A DNA stretch of 36,395 nucleotides, from assembly GCA_934169535.1 (NCBI GenBank), contig CAKPOC010000001.1:1-36395 (forward strand). The letters are read 5' to 3'. This document shows positions 10,163 to 18,561 of this stretch, in pieces. The notes under the pieces were generated by a model. The model saw only the letters and a program-made list of their open reading frames with translations. It was not told the origin of the DNA and did no database searches. This stretch comes from an uncultured Clostridia bacterium. GTDB lineage: Bacteria > Bacillota > Clostridia > TANB77 > CAG-508. How positions within the stretch are numbered: the stretch's first letter is position 1; the number at the start of each line of letters is the position of its first letter. The position numbers were made by a program, and so were the translations under genes.

Positions 10163-10227
10163 TTTATTTCCTCCAAATAAATTTAGTGCCTTTATTATAT
10201 AAAAAAATTTTTCAATTTACAATATGT

Positions 10228-10272
10228 AAAGAAAAGAGATTAGCATATTGAAGTAGTTCAATTCTAATCTCT
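10228..10272 (-). terminator. Probable terminator after rpmA
   Basis: 9-bp stem AGAGATTAG / CTAATCTCT with a roughly 20-nt loop, followed on the minus strand by TTTTCTTT. Confidence 0.45.
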
Positions 10273-10278
10273 AGTTTA

Positions 10279-10650
10279 TTATTTACTTGCTACTGCTTTT
10301 TTTGTTGTAGTTTTTTTCGCAGTTGTCTTTTTAACTGTTTCTTTCTTTTCTACTTTTTTTGGTTCTTCTTTTTTAGAAGCCATTGCATTTAATTCTTCTG
10401 CAGTATATACGCTAACTTGTTTTTTATCTCTTCCAAGTCTTTCAAATTTTACCATTCCAGTAACTTTTGCATATAATGTGTCGTCACTTCCGATTCCAAC
10501 ATTTTTTCCTGGATGGAATTTTGTTCCTCTTTGTCTTACTAGAATATTTCCAGCTGGAACTACTTGACCGTCAGCTCTTTTTAACCCAAGACGCTTTGAC
10601 TCGCTGTCTCTTCCGTTTTTAGAACTTCCTTGACCTTTCTTATGAGCCAT
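10279..10650 (-). CDS. rpmA: 50S ribosomal protein L27 with a Lys-rich C-terminal extension and no N-terminal propeptide
   Basis: [48 protein letters not shown] is canonical L27. The ATG at 10650 follows GGGAG. The C-terminal tail is [32 protein letters not shown]. Confidence 0.93.
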   Translation of the reverse strand: MAHKKGQGSSKNGRDSESKRLGLKRADGQVVPAGNILVRQRGTKFHPGKNVGIGSDDTLYAKVTGMVKFERLGRDKKQVSVYTAEELNAMASKKEEPKKVEKKETVKKTTAKKTTTKKAVASK

Positions 10651-10713
10651 TTTTTTCACTCCCTTCGAAATTTATTTATTCTCTATTATATATCAATTTA
10701 ATATTTGCTAAAA

Positions 10714-11067
10714 TTATTTTGTTTCTTTTTTAGCTTCAGCTGTTTTCTTTTCAGCTGGTGTTTTTATAGCTGTTATTTCAACCTTTGTATATGGTTGTCT
10801 ATGTCCTTGAGTTCTTCTGTAGTTTTTCTTTGCTTTGTATTTGTAAACTAATATTTTTTTAGCTTTTCCGTGAGAAACTACTTTTCCCTCAACTTTAACA
10901 CCTTTAACATAAGGAGCTCCAACTTCTACTTTTTTGTCGCTAGAAACTAAAACAACATTATCAAATGTTACTTTTTTTCCTTCTTCAACATCTAATTTTT
11001 CGAAGAATACAACATCTCCTTCAGTTACTTTGTATTGTTTTCCACAACTTTCGATTATTGCGTACAT
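10714..11067 (-). CDS. rplU: 50S ribosomal protein L21
   Basis: [25 protein letters not shown] ... [19 protein letters not shown] is canonical L21, with a short Lys-rich tail [16 protein letters not shown]. Confidence 0.93.
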   Translation of the reverse strand: MYAIIESCGKQYKVTEGDVVFFEKLDVEEGKKVTFDNVVLVSSDKKVEVGAPYVKGVKVEGKVVSHGKAKKILVYKYKAKKNYRRTQGHRQPYTKVEITAIKTPAEKKTAEAKKETK

Positions 11068-11165
11068 TGTATGTACACCTCCCTCATTTTGTATACTCGC
11101 TAAGCATAAAATTCAAGGCAATTACTTAATTGTAATATTTAGTTGCCCGACCCAGGCGGCTTACA
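11068..11165 (-). promoter_or_regulatory. Structured 5' UTR of rplU, candidate L21 leader
   Basis: A roughly 100-nt leader lies between the promoter and the rplU SD. It contains a locally GC-rich segment (GCCGCCTGGGTCGGGCAAC) and a GGCAA...TTGCC hairpin in otherwise AT-rich DNA. Its position matches the ribosomal-protein L21 leader known in low-GC Gram-positives. I did not verify the fold against the covariance model. Confidence 0.4.
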
Positions 11166-11172
11166 GATAAGT

Positions 11173-11201
11173 ATTTTATCACATAATTGCTGTATTGTCA
11201 A
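11173..11201 (-). promoter_or_regulatory. Strong sigma-A promoter of rplU-rpmA
   Basis: Minus strand: TTGACA (11201..11196), 17 nt, TGaTAAAAT extended -10 (hexamer 11178..11173). Confidence 0.7.
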
Positions 11202-11231
11202 TGATTTTTGAGCATAAATGTTTGCTAAAAG

Positions 11232-12416
11232 CTATAATTTTTTTCTTGTCATTTCAAGTAAATCAAGTTTTGTAAAACCTTCTACTTGAGTTTTGCTTCT
11301 ATCCTGTTTTAACTCGTCTTTTAAAATTTTCAAAATTTCTTCTTTGTCTTTTAAATTATTCATATCTATATAATCAATAACTATTATTCCGCTTATATTT
11401 CTAAGCTTAATTTGCTTTGCAATTTCTACTGTCGCCTCTTTGTTTACTTTCATAATAGTGTTTTCTTTAGTCATTTTTTTATTGCCTGTAAATTTACCTG
11501 AATTTATATCAATTGCAGTTAGTGCTTCTGTTTTATCTATTGTAATAAATCCTCCACAGTTTAGCCAAATTTTTCTTTCTTTTAGTTTATCTAATTGTTT
11601 ATCTATTTCGAACATTCCGAATACTTCTTCATTTTCTTTTAAATTAATCGCAATATTTTCTAATTTATTTTGTATTAAATATTCTTTAATATCATTATAA
11701 ATCTTTTTATCATTTACTAGAATTTCATCAATAGGCGTTTCTAAAATACTTACCAAAAATTTTTCTATAACACCCTTATTTTTGTATAGCAAACCAACTT
11801 CTTTTTTGCTTTTAAATTCTTGTTTTATTCTTTTCCATTCTGAATTTAACTTTGAAACGTCTTCTTCAATTTCTTTTTTGTTTTTTCCTTCTGCACTGGT
11901 TCTTAAAATTAAGCCATAGTTTTCATCTTTATACTTACTTAGAATTTCTTTTGCAATTGCTTTTAATCTACTTTTTTCTTCTTTATTTTCTATTTTTTGC
12001 GATATCGTTACAAATGGAGCATCTACCGCAAGAACTGCAAATCTACCCGTTAAGCTTATATGTTTGGTAATTCTTGCTCCCTTTTTTTCTATTTCGTCTT
12101 TTCTTATTTGAACTAGTATATTTTCTCCTTGTTTTATATAGTTTTTTATTTTGTAATTTGACATTTCTTCTAATTTATTACCAGTAACATTACTTACTTT
12201 TGGAACAATATCTTTAATATGTATAAAAGCATTTTTTTCTTCGCCAATGTCAACAAATGCAGCCTGCATACCTGGAAGCACGTCTTTTACGATTCCACAA
12301 TAAATATTGCCTTCAAGAACATCTTTTGAATCTTCATATTGTTCGATTATTTTTCCATTTTGCACAAGAACTGCTGAATTTTTTCCATCTTTATTTCTTA
12401 TTACTATTTCTCTCAT
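11232..12416 (-). CDS. RNase E/G-family ribonuclease (Rne/Rng), catalytic core only
   Basis: S1 domain GNIYCGIVKDVLPGMQAAFVDIGEEKNAFIH, DNase-I-like region ITIDKTEALTAIDINSGKF, and an ending of KLDLLEMTRKKL-stop. Confidence 0.88.
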   Translation of the reverse strand: MREIVIRNKDGKNSAVLVQNGKIIEQYEDSKDVLEGNIYCGIVKDVLPGMQAAFVDIGEEKNAFIHIKDIVPKVSNVTGNKLEEMSNYKIKNYIKQGENILVQIRKDEIEKKGARITKHISLTGRFAVLAVDAPFVTISQKIENKEEKSRLKAIAKEILSKYKDENYGLILRTSAEGKNKKEIEEDVSKLNSEWKRIKQEFKSKKEVGLLYKNKGVIEKFLVSILETPIDEILVNDKKIYNDIKEYLIQNKLENIAINLKENEEVFGMFEIDKQLDKLKERKIWLNCGGFITIDKTEALTAIDINSGKFTGNKKMTKENTIMKVNKEATVEIAKQIKLRNISGIIVIDYIDMNNLKDKEEILKILKDELKQDRSKTQVEGFTKLDLLEMTRKKL

Positions 12417-12418
12417 AT

Positions 12419-12976
12419 TTAATTTAATTTGCTCATTGCTTTTTCAATTCCAATTTTTAAAATTTCTTCTATTGCAACTACGCCTTTGTCTACTCCTTCT
12501 TCTAGTTTTTGGTATTCTTCTTGAGATAATTTTCCTATTACATAATTAATTAAATCAGTAATTTTTTCGCCATTTCCTGTTCCTACTCTTATTCGTGGGA
12601 ACTCAGTTGTTCCTAAGCAATTTACCACTGATTTCATTCCATTATGTGTTCCTGGGCCGCCTTTTATCCTTATTTTAGTAATTCCTGTTAATATGTCTAT
12701 ATCATCATAAATAACAATTATATTTTCATTTTGAATTTTAAAAAAATCTGCAAAAGGTTTTACTGCCTCGCCACTATTGTTCATGTACGTTTGTGGCTTT
12801 ACTAAAATTACTTTTTTGCCTTCTATAATTCCTGTTCCATACAAACTTTGAAATTTATTTTTTGAAATTTCTATTTCATATTTTTTTGCAAGTTTATTTA
12901 TAACATCAAAGCCCATATTATGCCTTGTTTGTGAATATTCATTTTCTGGATTTCCAAGTCCTACTATCAAATACAT
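12419..12976 (-). CDS. pth: Peptidyl-tRNA hydrolase
   Basis: MYLIVGLGNPENEYSQTRHNMGF, VKPQTYMNNSGEAV, DDIDI and GGPGTHNG are all typical of Pth. Confidence 0.94.
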   Translation of the reverse strand: MYLIVGLGNPENEYSQTRHNMGFDVINKLAKKYEIEISKNKFQSLYGTGIIEGKKVILVKPQTYMNNSGEAVKPFADFFKIQNENIIVIYDDIDILTGITKIRIKGGPGTHNGMKSVVNCLGTTEFPRIRVGTGNGEKITDLINYVIGKLSQEEYQKLEEGVDKGVVAIEEILKIGIEKAMSKLN

Positions 12977-13006
12977 TTTGTTTACTTCCTTTTAATAATT
13001 TGCTAA

Positions 13007-13035
13007 AGTATACCATAATTTTTATCATTCTACAA
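13007..13035 (-). promoter_or_regulatory. Promoter of pth
   Basis: Minus strand: TTGTAG (13035..13030), 17 nt, TGgTATACT (hexamer 13012..13007). Confidence 0.5.
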
Positions 13036-13065
13036 GTAGCATTATTGCAAGAAGTATGATATAAT
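13031..13065 (+). promoter_or_regulatory. Promoter of era, extended -10 type
   Basis: TGaTATAAT (hexamer 13060..13065) with a weak -35 (TAGCAT) 17 nt upstream. It diverges from the pth promoter. Confidence 0.45.
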
Positions 13066-13092
13066 GCAAGCAGAAAAAAGGAGATATATTAA

Positions 13093-14001
13093 ATGGAACA
13101 AGAAAATTTTAAATCTGGGTTTGTATCAATGCTTGGCAGAACCAATGTAGGAAAATCTAGCATAATAAATGCTTTAGTTGGAGAAAAAGTTGCAGCTGTT
13201 GCAAATAAAGTTCAAACTACCAGAACTGCAATTCGTGCAATTGTTAACAGACCTAATTCACAAATAATATTTGTTGATACCCCAGGAATTCATAAGCCTA
13301 AGTCTAAGCTTAGCAATGTCATGGTAGAAACTGCTTTTGGAGCTTCATTAGATGTTGATATTATAATTTTTGTTATAGATGCTACTTCTTCTGAAATTGG
13401 ACCTGGCGATAGACGAATTTTAGATAAAATTAAGGAATCGCATAAAAAGTGTATACTTGTTATAAATAAAATAGATTTAGCAAGTAAAGCTCATGTTGCT
13501 GAGCTTATTGCACTATACTCTAAAGAATATGATTTCATTTCTGTCATTCCTGTATCGGTTACAAAAAATCAAAACTTAAATATTATTTTAGATGAAATAG
13601 AAAATCACCTAAAAAACGGTCCTGCATATTATGATACTGAGGAATATACAGACCAAACATTAAGGCAGCTTTCCGAGGAAGTAATTCGTGAAAAAGCTTT
13701 AAAGCTTTTAAATGACGAGGTTCCACACGGAATTTATGTTGAATGTGACAAAATGAAATTTAGGAAAACAGCCAATAAAGAAGAAATTTATGATATTTCT
13801 GCTACAATTTACTGCATTCGCGATTCGCACAAAGGAATTATTATTGGCAAAGGCGGACAAATGTTAAAAAAAATAGGCACTTATTCAAGACAAGATTTAG
13901 AAAAAATGTTTGGCACTAAGGTTAATTTAAAACTTTGGGTAAAAGTTAATAAAGACTGGCTTAATAATGACAATTTAGTAAAAAAATTTAAATTACAATA
14001 A
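13093..14001 (+). CDS. era: GTPase Era
   Basis: GRTNVGKSSIINALVG (G1), DTPG, NKID and a C-terminal KH domain (IIIGKGGQMLKKIG). SD is AAGGAGA. Confidence 0.95.
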   Translation: MEQENFKSGFVSMLGRTNVGKSSIINALVGEKVAAVANKVQTTRTAIRAIVNRPNSQIIFVDTPGIHKPKSKLSNVMVETAFGASLDVDIIIFVIDATSSEIGPGDRRILDKIKESHKKCILVINKIDLASKAHVAELIALYSKEYDFISVIPVSVTKNQNLNIILDEIENHLKNGPAYYDTEEYTDQTLRQLSEEVIREKALKLLNDEVPHGIYVECDKMKFRKTANKEEIYDISATIYCIRDSHKGIIIGKGGQMLKKIGTYSRQDLEKMFGTKVNLKLWVKVNKDWLNNDNLVKKFKLQ

Positions 14002-14070
14002 AACTTTAGTATAAATATTTCTATTTTGTTAAAAATAAATGTAAGAAAAGATTACGAGGTAAACAGAGTT

Positions 14071-14244
14071 ATGATAAAAGATTTAGCGTGGAAAACATTT
14101 AAAAATACTGGTAACATTGATACCTTTTTGGAATTAATGAAATTTGAAAACGCAGAGCAATCGCTTAAAACAAATGCAGAATTTTCTGTATTTAATAAGG
14201 ATTTTGCTCCTGGAAGGAACAATTATGGGGATAATAAAAACTAA
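14071..14244 (+). CDS. yqzL: YqzL-family small protein
   Basis: MIKDLAWKTFKNTGNIDTFLELMKFE resembles YqzL, and the gene lies between era and recO as yqzL does in Bacillus. I prefer the internal Met at 14071 over the ORF start at 14026. Confidence 0.65.
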   Translation: MIKDLAWKTFKNTGNIDTFLELMKFENAEQSLKTNAEFSVFNKDFAPGRNNYGDNKN

Positions 14245-14953
14245 AGGACTTGTACTATTCGAAAGTAATATGGGGGACTATGACAAAATGGTATCTATTT
14301 TAACACCTGATTTGGGTAAAATTGGTTGTGCTGCAAGAGGAGCTAGAAAGCCCAAAAGCTCTTTACTTGCAGGCACGCAATTTTTAAGTTTTAGTGATTT
14401 AGTTATTTTTAGTGGTGCCAATTCATACTCTATAAATTCTTGCGAACCAATTGAAGTTTTTTATAATATCCGCACCGATTTAGACAAACTTACATATGCC
14501 TCATTTATTACACGCATGGTAAATGATGTAACATACGAAAATCAGCATTGCTACAACATATTACAACTACTTTTAAATACTTTGTACTTAATTTCTGAAA
14601 CCGATATGGACAAAGACTTTATTTTATCTGTTTTTGAATTAAGGCTTATGCTATATTTAGGCTTTGCACCCAAACTTAGTGGTTGTTCTATATGTTCTGC
14701 TAAGGATAATATCGCTTATTTTAGTATTGAAAATTCTGGGTTTGAATGTGCTCCTTGTGGAAGATCTGATAAATCTGCAATACGAATTACTCTTGATACT
14801 TTTAATGCTTTAAAATATATTTTTACAGCACCTGCAAAAAAAATATTTTCTTTTAGTGTTTCGGATGAAGCCAAAAAGGAGTTAAAGTTAATTTCAACTT
14901 TATACATAAATAAAAATTTAGATAAAAATTATAAATTTGAAAATCTATTTTAA
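14225..14953 (+). CDS. recO: DNA repair protein RecO
   Basis: MGIIKTKGLVLFESNMGDYDKMVSILTPDLGKIGCAARGARKPKS is an OB-fold N-terminus. The zinc motif is C..C (GCSICS) plus CAPC. The ATG at 14225 follows GGAAGGA and overlaps the end of yqzL by 20 nt. Confidence 0.9.
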   Translation: MGIIKTKGLVLFESNMGDYDKMVSILTPDLGKIGCAARGARKPKSSLLAGTQFLSFSDLVIFSGANSYSINSCEPIEVFYNIRTDLDKLTYASFITRMVNDVTYENQHCYNILQLLLNTLYLISETDMDKDFILSVFELRLMLYLGFAPKLSGCSICSAKDNIAYFSIENSGFECAPCGRSDKSAIRITLDTFNALKYIFTAPAKKIFSFSVSDEAKKELKLISTLYINKNLDKNYKFENLF

Positions 14954-14989
14954 AATGACCTACTAATTTAAAATTAATAGGTCATTTTT
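14952..14989. terminator. Bidirectional terminator between convergent recO and the DUF3048 gene
   Basis: 17-bp stem AAAATGACCTACTAATT / AATTAATAGGTCATTTT with one mismatch and a short loop. A-runs and T-runs flank it on both sides. Confidence 0.8.
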
Positions 14990-14990
14990 A

Positions 14991-16046
14991 TTATTCTATT
15001 ACTTCGTTGTTTCCTTCTATTGTAACTTTTGCATCTATTGGGCATATTTGAACAAATGTATTTCCATCATTTACTTTTATTTCATTACCATTTAAATCTT
15101 TATAAACTGTTCTTGAACTTCTTGCAGTTTTTTCACATGTAATTTTTATGGCTTTTCCGTTTGTAATATAATACCCGTCTAAAGTTCCTATATTACTCAA
15201 ATTTTGTCTATCTTTATTTTCACCATCTCTTAATACAGTATTTCTTGCAAATGTTATAATTATATTTTTAGTAGTTATATTTTCTTTTGTATCCCAATCT
15301 GTTTCTTCAACACCTTTTGAATATCTTTGATACCTTTTAGTTTCTTCGTTATATTTATATTCAACTTTGTTAGAATCCGAATATGGAATAGTTACATCAT
15401 ATGCAGATTTGCCTTCTTCTAAATTTACTTCATCTGTAACATATTTTAAAACGCTTGATACTTCTGAAGTAGTTCTATACTTTTGTTTTTCTGCAAGTTT
15501 TTTTAAGTTAGATAAACTTACCTTTACATTATGAGGTGCTGATTTATCTTTTACTCTCCAAAAAGATGATGTGCCATCATAATAAAGTCCGTTTAAATTA
15601 TTTATTCCCATACTTGATATGTCTGATTGAGCTTGTGGGCTCCAGCCAAAGTGTACATATATCGCATCATTTTCTAAGGCATAGTCTAAAAAGTAATGTC
15701 TTGCACTTCTTACAGGACCTACTACATCTGTGTCAGCAGATTTAAATAAAGCCATTAACCTGCTTTCTCCACCTTCTACTATAATTTCGTATACCATGTA
15801 AGCACTATTTAGTCCAGCTTGTGGAAGTGCTGCTTTGTGGTTATCTATCATAACCGCAATTGGCCTTTCATTTCCTTTGTATATTTGAACTGTTTTTTCT
15901 TCTTTTTTTTCTTCCTTTAAAACTTCATCTCCTAAGAACACTGTATTATCACTTTTTTTGTTTGTAATTACATATACAAATGCTCCTACAACTCCTAATA
16001 TAATTAAAATTAATATTACTATTAAAATAATAATTTTTTTCTTCAT
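14991..16046 (-). CDS. DUF3048-family (YerB-like) secreted or membrane-anchored protein
   Basis: N-terminal anchor KKKIIILIVILILIILGVVGAF. The blocks RPIAVMIDNHKAALPQAGL, YEIIVEGGESRLMALF and GPVRSARHYFLDYA are characteristic of DUF3048. Confidence 0.8.
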   Translation of the reverse strand: MKKKIIILIVILILIILGVVGAFVYVITNKKSDNTVFLGDEVLKEEKKEEKTVQIYKGNERPIAVMIDNHKAALPQAGLNSAYMVYEIIVEGGESRLMALFKSADTDVVGPVRSARHYFLDYALENDAIYVHFGWSPQAQSDISSMGINNLNGLYYDGTSSFWRVKDKSAPHNVKVSLSNLKKLAEKQKYRTTSEVSSVLKYVTDEVNLEEGKSAYDVTIPYSDSNKVEYKYNEETKRYQRYSKGVEETDWDTKENITTKNIIITFARNTVLRDGENKDRQNLSNIGTLDGYYITNGKAIKITCEKTARSSRTVYKDLNGNEIKVNDGNTFVQICPIDAKVTIEGNNEVIE

Positions 16047-16062
16047 TTTTGAAATATCTCCC

Positions 16063-16812
16063 TTATATTTTAAATATTGTTAGTCCATAAACTAAAATTA
16101 CAATTAATATTCCCATTGCAACTCCAAAAACGATTTCTGCTTTTGTTCTGGCATTTGTTTGGTACCTATTTGCAACCACTAATATTGATAAAATAAGTGC
16201 AAGTGAAAATGTTAATAAGTCTTTGCTATTTAGCCAAATTGCTGTAAGAATTGCAAATGCAATTGCAGCTTGTCCACTTGGAACAAATCCTTCTTTTATT
16301 AGCTCTCCTCTTACTTTTTTTCTAGAACATGCAGCTTTTATTACTATTACTGCAATAATTACTAATACTATTGCTACAAAAGTTAAATGTACTGGTGATT
16401 TTATCATATTATTAAAAACACTTTGACTTAGTCCTGCTAAGTTTTCTGTTTTTAAAAATATAAAGTACCCTACAAACACTGCATTTACAGCTGAAAGCAC
16501 GACAGCTCCTGCTGCAACATCTTTTGCAATTTTTGCTTTTGGATGATATACATCTACAAATAAGTCTACAACTGTTTCTATTGCTGTATTTACCATTTCT
16601 GCAAATAATACAAAAAATAATGCAAACACCAGACATAAAAATTGAGTTGTATCTAGCCCATAAAACAAACTAAGCATCATTATTATTACTGCTAAAGTTA
16701 GTTGAATTCTAAAATTTCTTTGAGTTGTAGCTGTATATATAATTCCATTTACTGCATTGTTACAAGCCTCTATGAAGTTGTCATTTGTCATTTTTTTGCT
16801 ATCTTTTTTCAT
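16063..16812 (-). CDS. dgkA: DgkA-family lipid kinase (diacylglycerol/undecaprenol kinase) fused to a C-terminal degenerate PAP2-like membrane domain
   Basis: The N-terminal 120 aa match DgkA (NAVNGIIY, FAEMVNTAIETVVD, AKDVAAGAVVLSA). The C-terminal half has PSGQ in place of PSGH and NRYQTNARTKAE in place of SRxxxxxHxxxD. Confidence 0.8.
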   Translation of the reverse strand: MKKDSKKMTNDNFIEACNNAVNGIIYTATTQRNFRIQLTLAVIIMMLSLFYGLDTTQFLCLVFALFFVLFAEMVNTAIETVVDLFVDVYHPKAKIAKDVAAGAVVLSAVNAVFVGYFIFLKTENLAGLSQSVFNNMIKSPVHLTFVAIVLVIIAVIVIKAACSRKKVRGELIKEGFVPSGQAAIAFAILTAIWLNSKDLLTFSLALILSILVVANRYQTNARTKAEIVFGVAMGILIVILVYGLTIFKI

Positions 16813-16813
16813 T

Positions 16814-17308
16814 TTACTCCTCTTCTTCTCTAGTCAGCTTTAACTTACTTAATATATTTTCTTCTTTAGGCCTCATAATCTTTTTATCTTCTTCTTTTAT
16901 GTGGTCATATCCCATTATGTGATAAAATCCGTGTACAACCATATATGCAAGTTCTCTTTCAACACTATGTCCATATTCTGCTGCTTGTTCTATTACCTTT
17001 GGAATTGATATTATTATATCACCCAAAACATCTTCTTTAATAGGATTATTTTCTCCAATATTTATAATTGACTCAATTTCGTTTTTTTCAAACATTGGAA
17101 AAGATAATACGTCTGTTGCCTTATCCACATTTCTGTATTCTTTGTTTATATTTTTTATTTTTTCAGGGTTTGTCAAAATTACATTTAGATATAAATTTGT
17201 TTTTTCTAGTTTTTCTTCTTTGAAACAAGTTTCTACTACTTTTTCTATAAGTTTTACATATTCTGTTTTTTCATCTGTTTCATCAAATTCAACTTGTACA
17301 AATTTCAT
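16814..17308 (-). CDS. ybeY: rRNA maturation endoribonuclease YbeY
   Basis: Zn-binding motif HGFYHIMGYDH plus the DVLSFP block. SD is AAAGGAAAT. Confidence 0.93.
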   Translation of the reverse strand: MKFVQVEFDETDEKTEYVKLIEKVVETCFKEEKLEKTNLYLNVILTNPEKIKNINKEYRNVDKATDVLSFPMFEKNEIESIINIGENNPIKEDVLGDIIISIPKVIEQAAEYGHSVERELAYMVVHGFYHIMGYDHIKEEDKKIMRPKEENILSKLKLTREEEE

Positions 17309-17320
17309 TTTATTTCCTTT

Positions 17321-18547
17321 CTAAACTGCAGCCATTTGTTTTTTGTAATCTTTATTTTTTATATATTTTCCTTCTGAAATACAAGAATTTTTTATTTGCT
17401 TCATTACTCCATATTCAACAAGTTTTGTTTTAAAGAATTTTTCTATTCTGCAATATTTGTTTATATTTTTGTAGATTATTTTTAATTCATTTCTTAAAAA
17501 TAAGATTTCTCTTTGTTTCGAATATTCCATATAATCTTTATTTTTTATTTCATTTATTTTTTTGTACTCATTCCAGAATTTTTTAAACTCTTCTTTTTCT
17601 TGTGGTTTATCCCAATAAATTTTTGTAGATAAAACTCTTAAACTATAGTCTTCTATTATATTAATAAGAAGTCCATAAGCTTTTTCTTGTTTTCTTTTAA
17701 TTTTTGTATCCATTATTAGCATTCTTGCATCATCTAATAATTTTTCGTAGCATTGCTCTGCTACTGCAAGTGGAAGACTATGTGTAAATAATTTTCTACT
17801 CATATTTAATAAAATCATATTTTTTTCAATCACATCATTTTGATCTAATTTTCCTACACTAAATCTTTCGAAGTTTTTGTAATCATCCATTATTTCTTTG
17901 TAAATTTTGTTTTCTGGTTCTTCTTCCATTTTTATAGGTAATATATCTGTAATGTAGTCTTCTACTGTTTCAAATATTTTTTCATATATTTCATTTTTTT
18001 CTTTATCAGTAAGGTTTTCAGACAATTTTATTGAGTAATTTTTTAATACTTTTTTATATAAATTTTGCATTCTGCTTGCGTAAAAATGTTCAAATCTTTT
18101 TTGCAATTTTTCTTTGTTAAGTTCCTTTACAGTATCATAATCTAATTGAATTAAGAAAATTTGCTTTCTGTATTTGTATTCTAAATATTCTACTTCCTTT
18201 AGATGTACAACCATATAATATTTAGATAACGCATTTTTTTCAAATTCAGTTGCAATTCCGTTTCTTACTTTTTTATAAACATTATCCATTATATGTTTAT
18301 CAATTGCTTCCAAATAAAGAGAAAACATGTCTTCATATTTTTTCTCTATTTCATCTTTGTGTGTTTCTTCTTCGTTGTTTAAACTTTCACAATAATTTTC
18401 ATAAGCTTTTATAACATTATTCCTTTTAATAGAAATTATCATTCCATTAATTCCTATTTTAGTTGGTGTTAATAGTTTAGTGATAGTATTTGTTATCCTT
18501 TTGAAAATTTTCTTATCCGAATAAATTTTTAGGCTTCTTTCTTCCAT
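17321..18547 (-). CDS. Hypothetical protein, 408 aa, predicted all-helical, Lys/Glu/Tyr-rich, no TM segment and no recognisable motif
   Basis: Long ORF packed tightly between yqfD (15-nt gap to the preferred ATG at 18547, MEERSL) and ybeY (12-nt gap). I could not find a P-loop, HD motif or other motif. Confidence 0.7.
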   Translation of the reverse strand: MEERSLKIYSDKKIFKRITNTITKLLTPTKIGINGMIISIKRNNVIKAYENYCESLNNEEETHKDEIEKKYEDMFSLYLEAIDKHIMDNVYKKVRNGIATEFEKNALSKYYMVVHLKEVEYLEYKYRKQIFLIQLDYDTVKELNKEKLQKRFEHFYASRMQNLYKKVLKNYSIKLSENLTDKEKNEIYEKIFETVEDYITDILPIKMEEEPENKIYKEIMDDYKNFERFSVGKLDQNDVIEKNMILLNMSRKLFTHSLPLAVAEQCYEKLLDDARMLIMDTKIKRKQEKAYGLLINIIEDYSLRVLSTKIYWDKPQEKEEFKKFWNEYKKINEIKNKDYMEYSKQREILFLRNELKIIYKNINKYCRIEKFFKTKLVEYGVMKQIKNSCISEGKYIKNKDYKKQMAAV

Positions 18548-18561
18548 ATTATCTTTTCCTT

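Noticed and set aside
10660-10713. A remnant prp/ysxB gene between rplU and rpmA.
   Set aside because: The gap is only 54 nt and contains just the rpmA SD. No ORF or recognisable fragment is present.
14026-14244. Long forms of the yqzL ORF (start 14026) and the recO ORF (start 14144).
   Set aside because: The N-terminal extensions have no SD and no homology. Internal Met codons at 14071 and 14225 follow GAGG/GGAAGGA and give the conserved N-termini.
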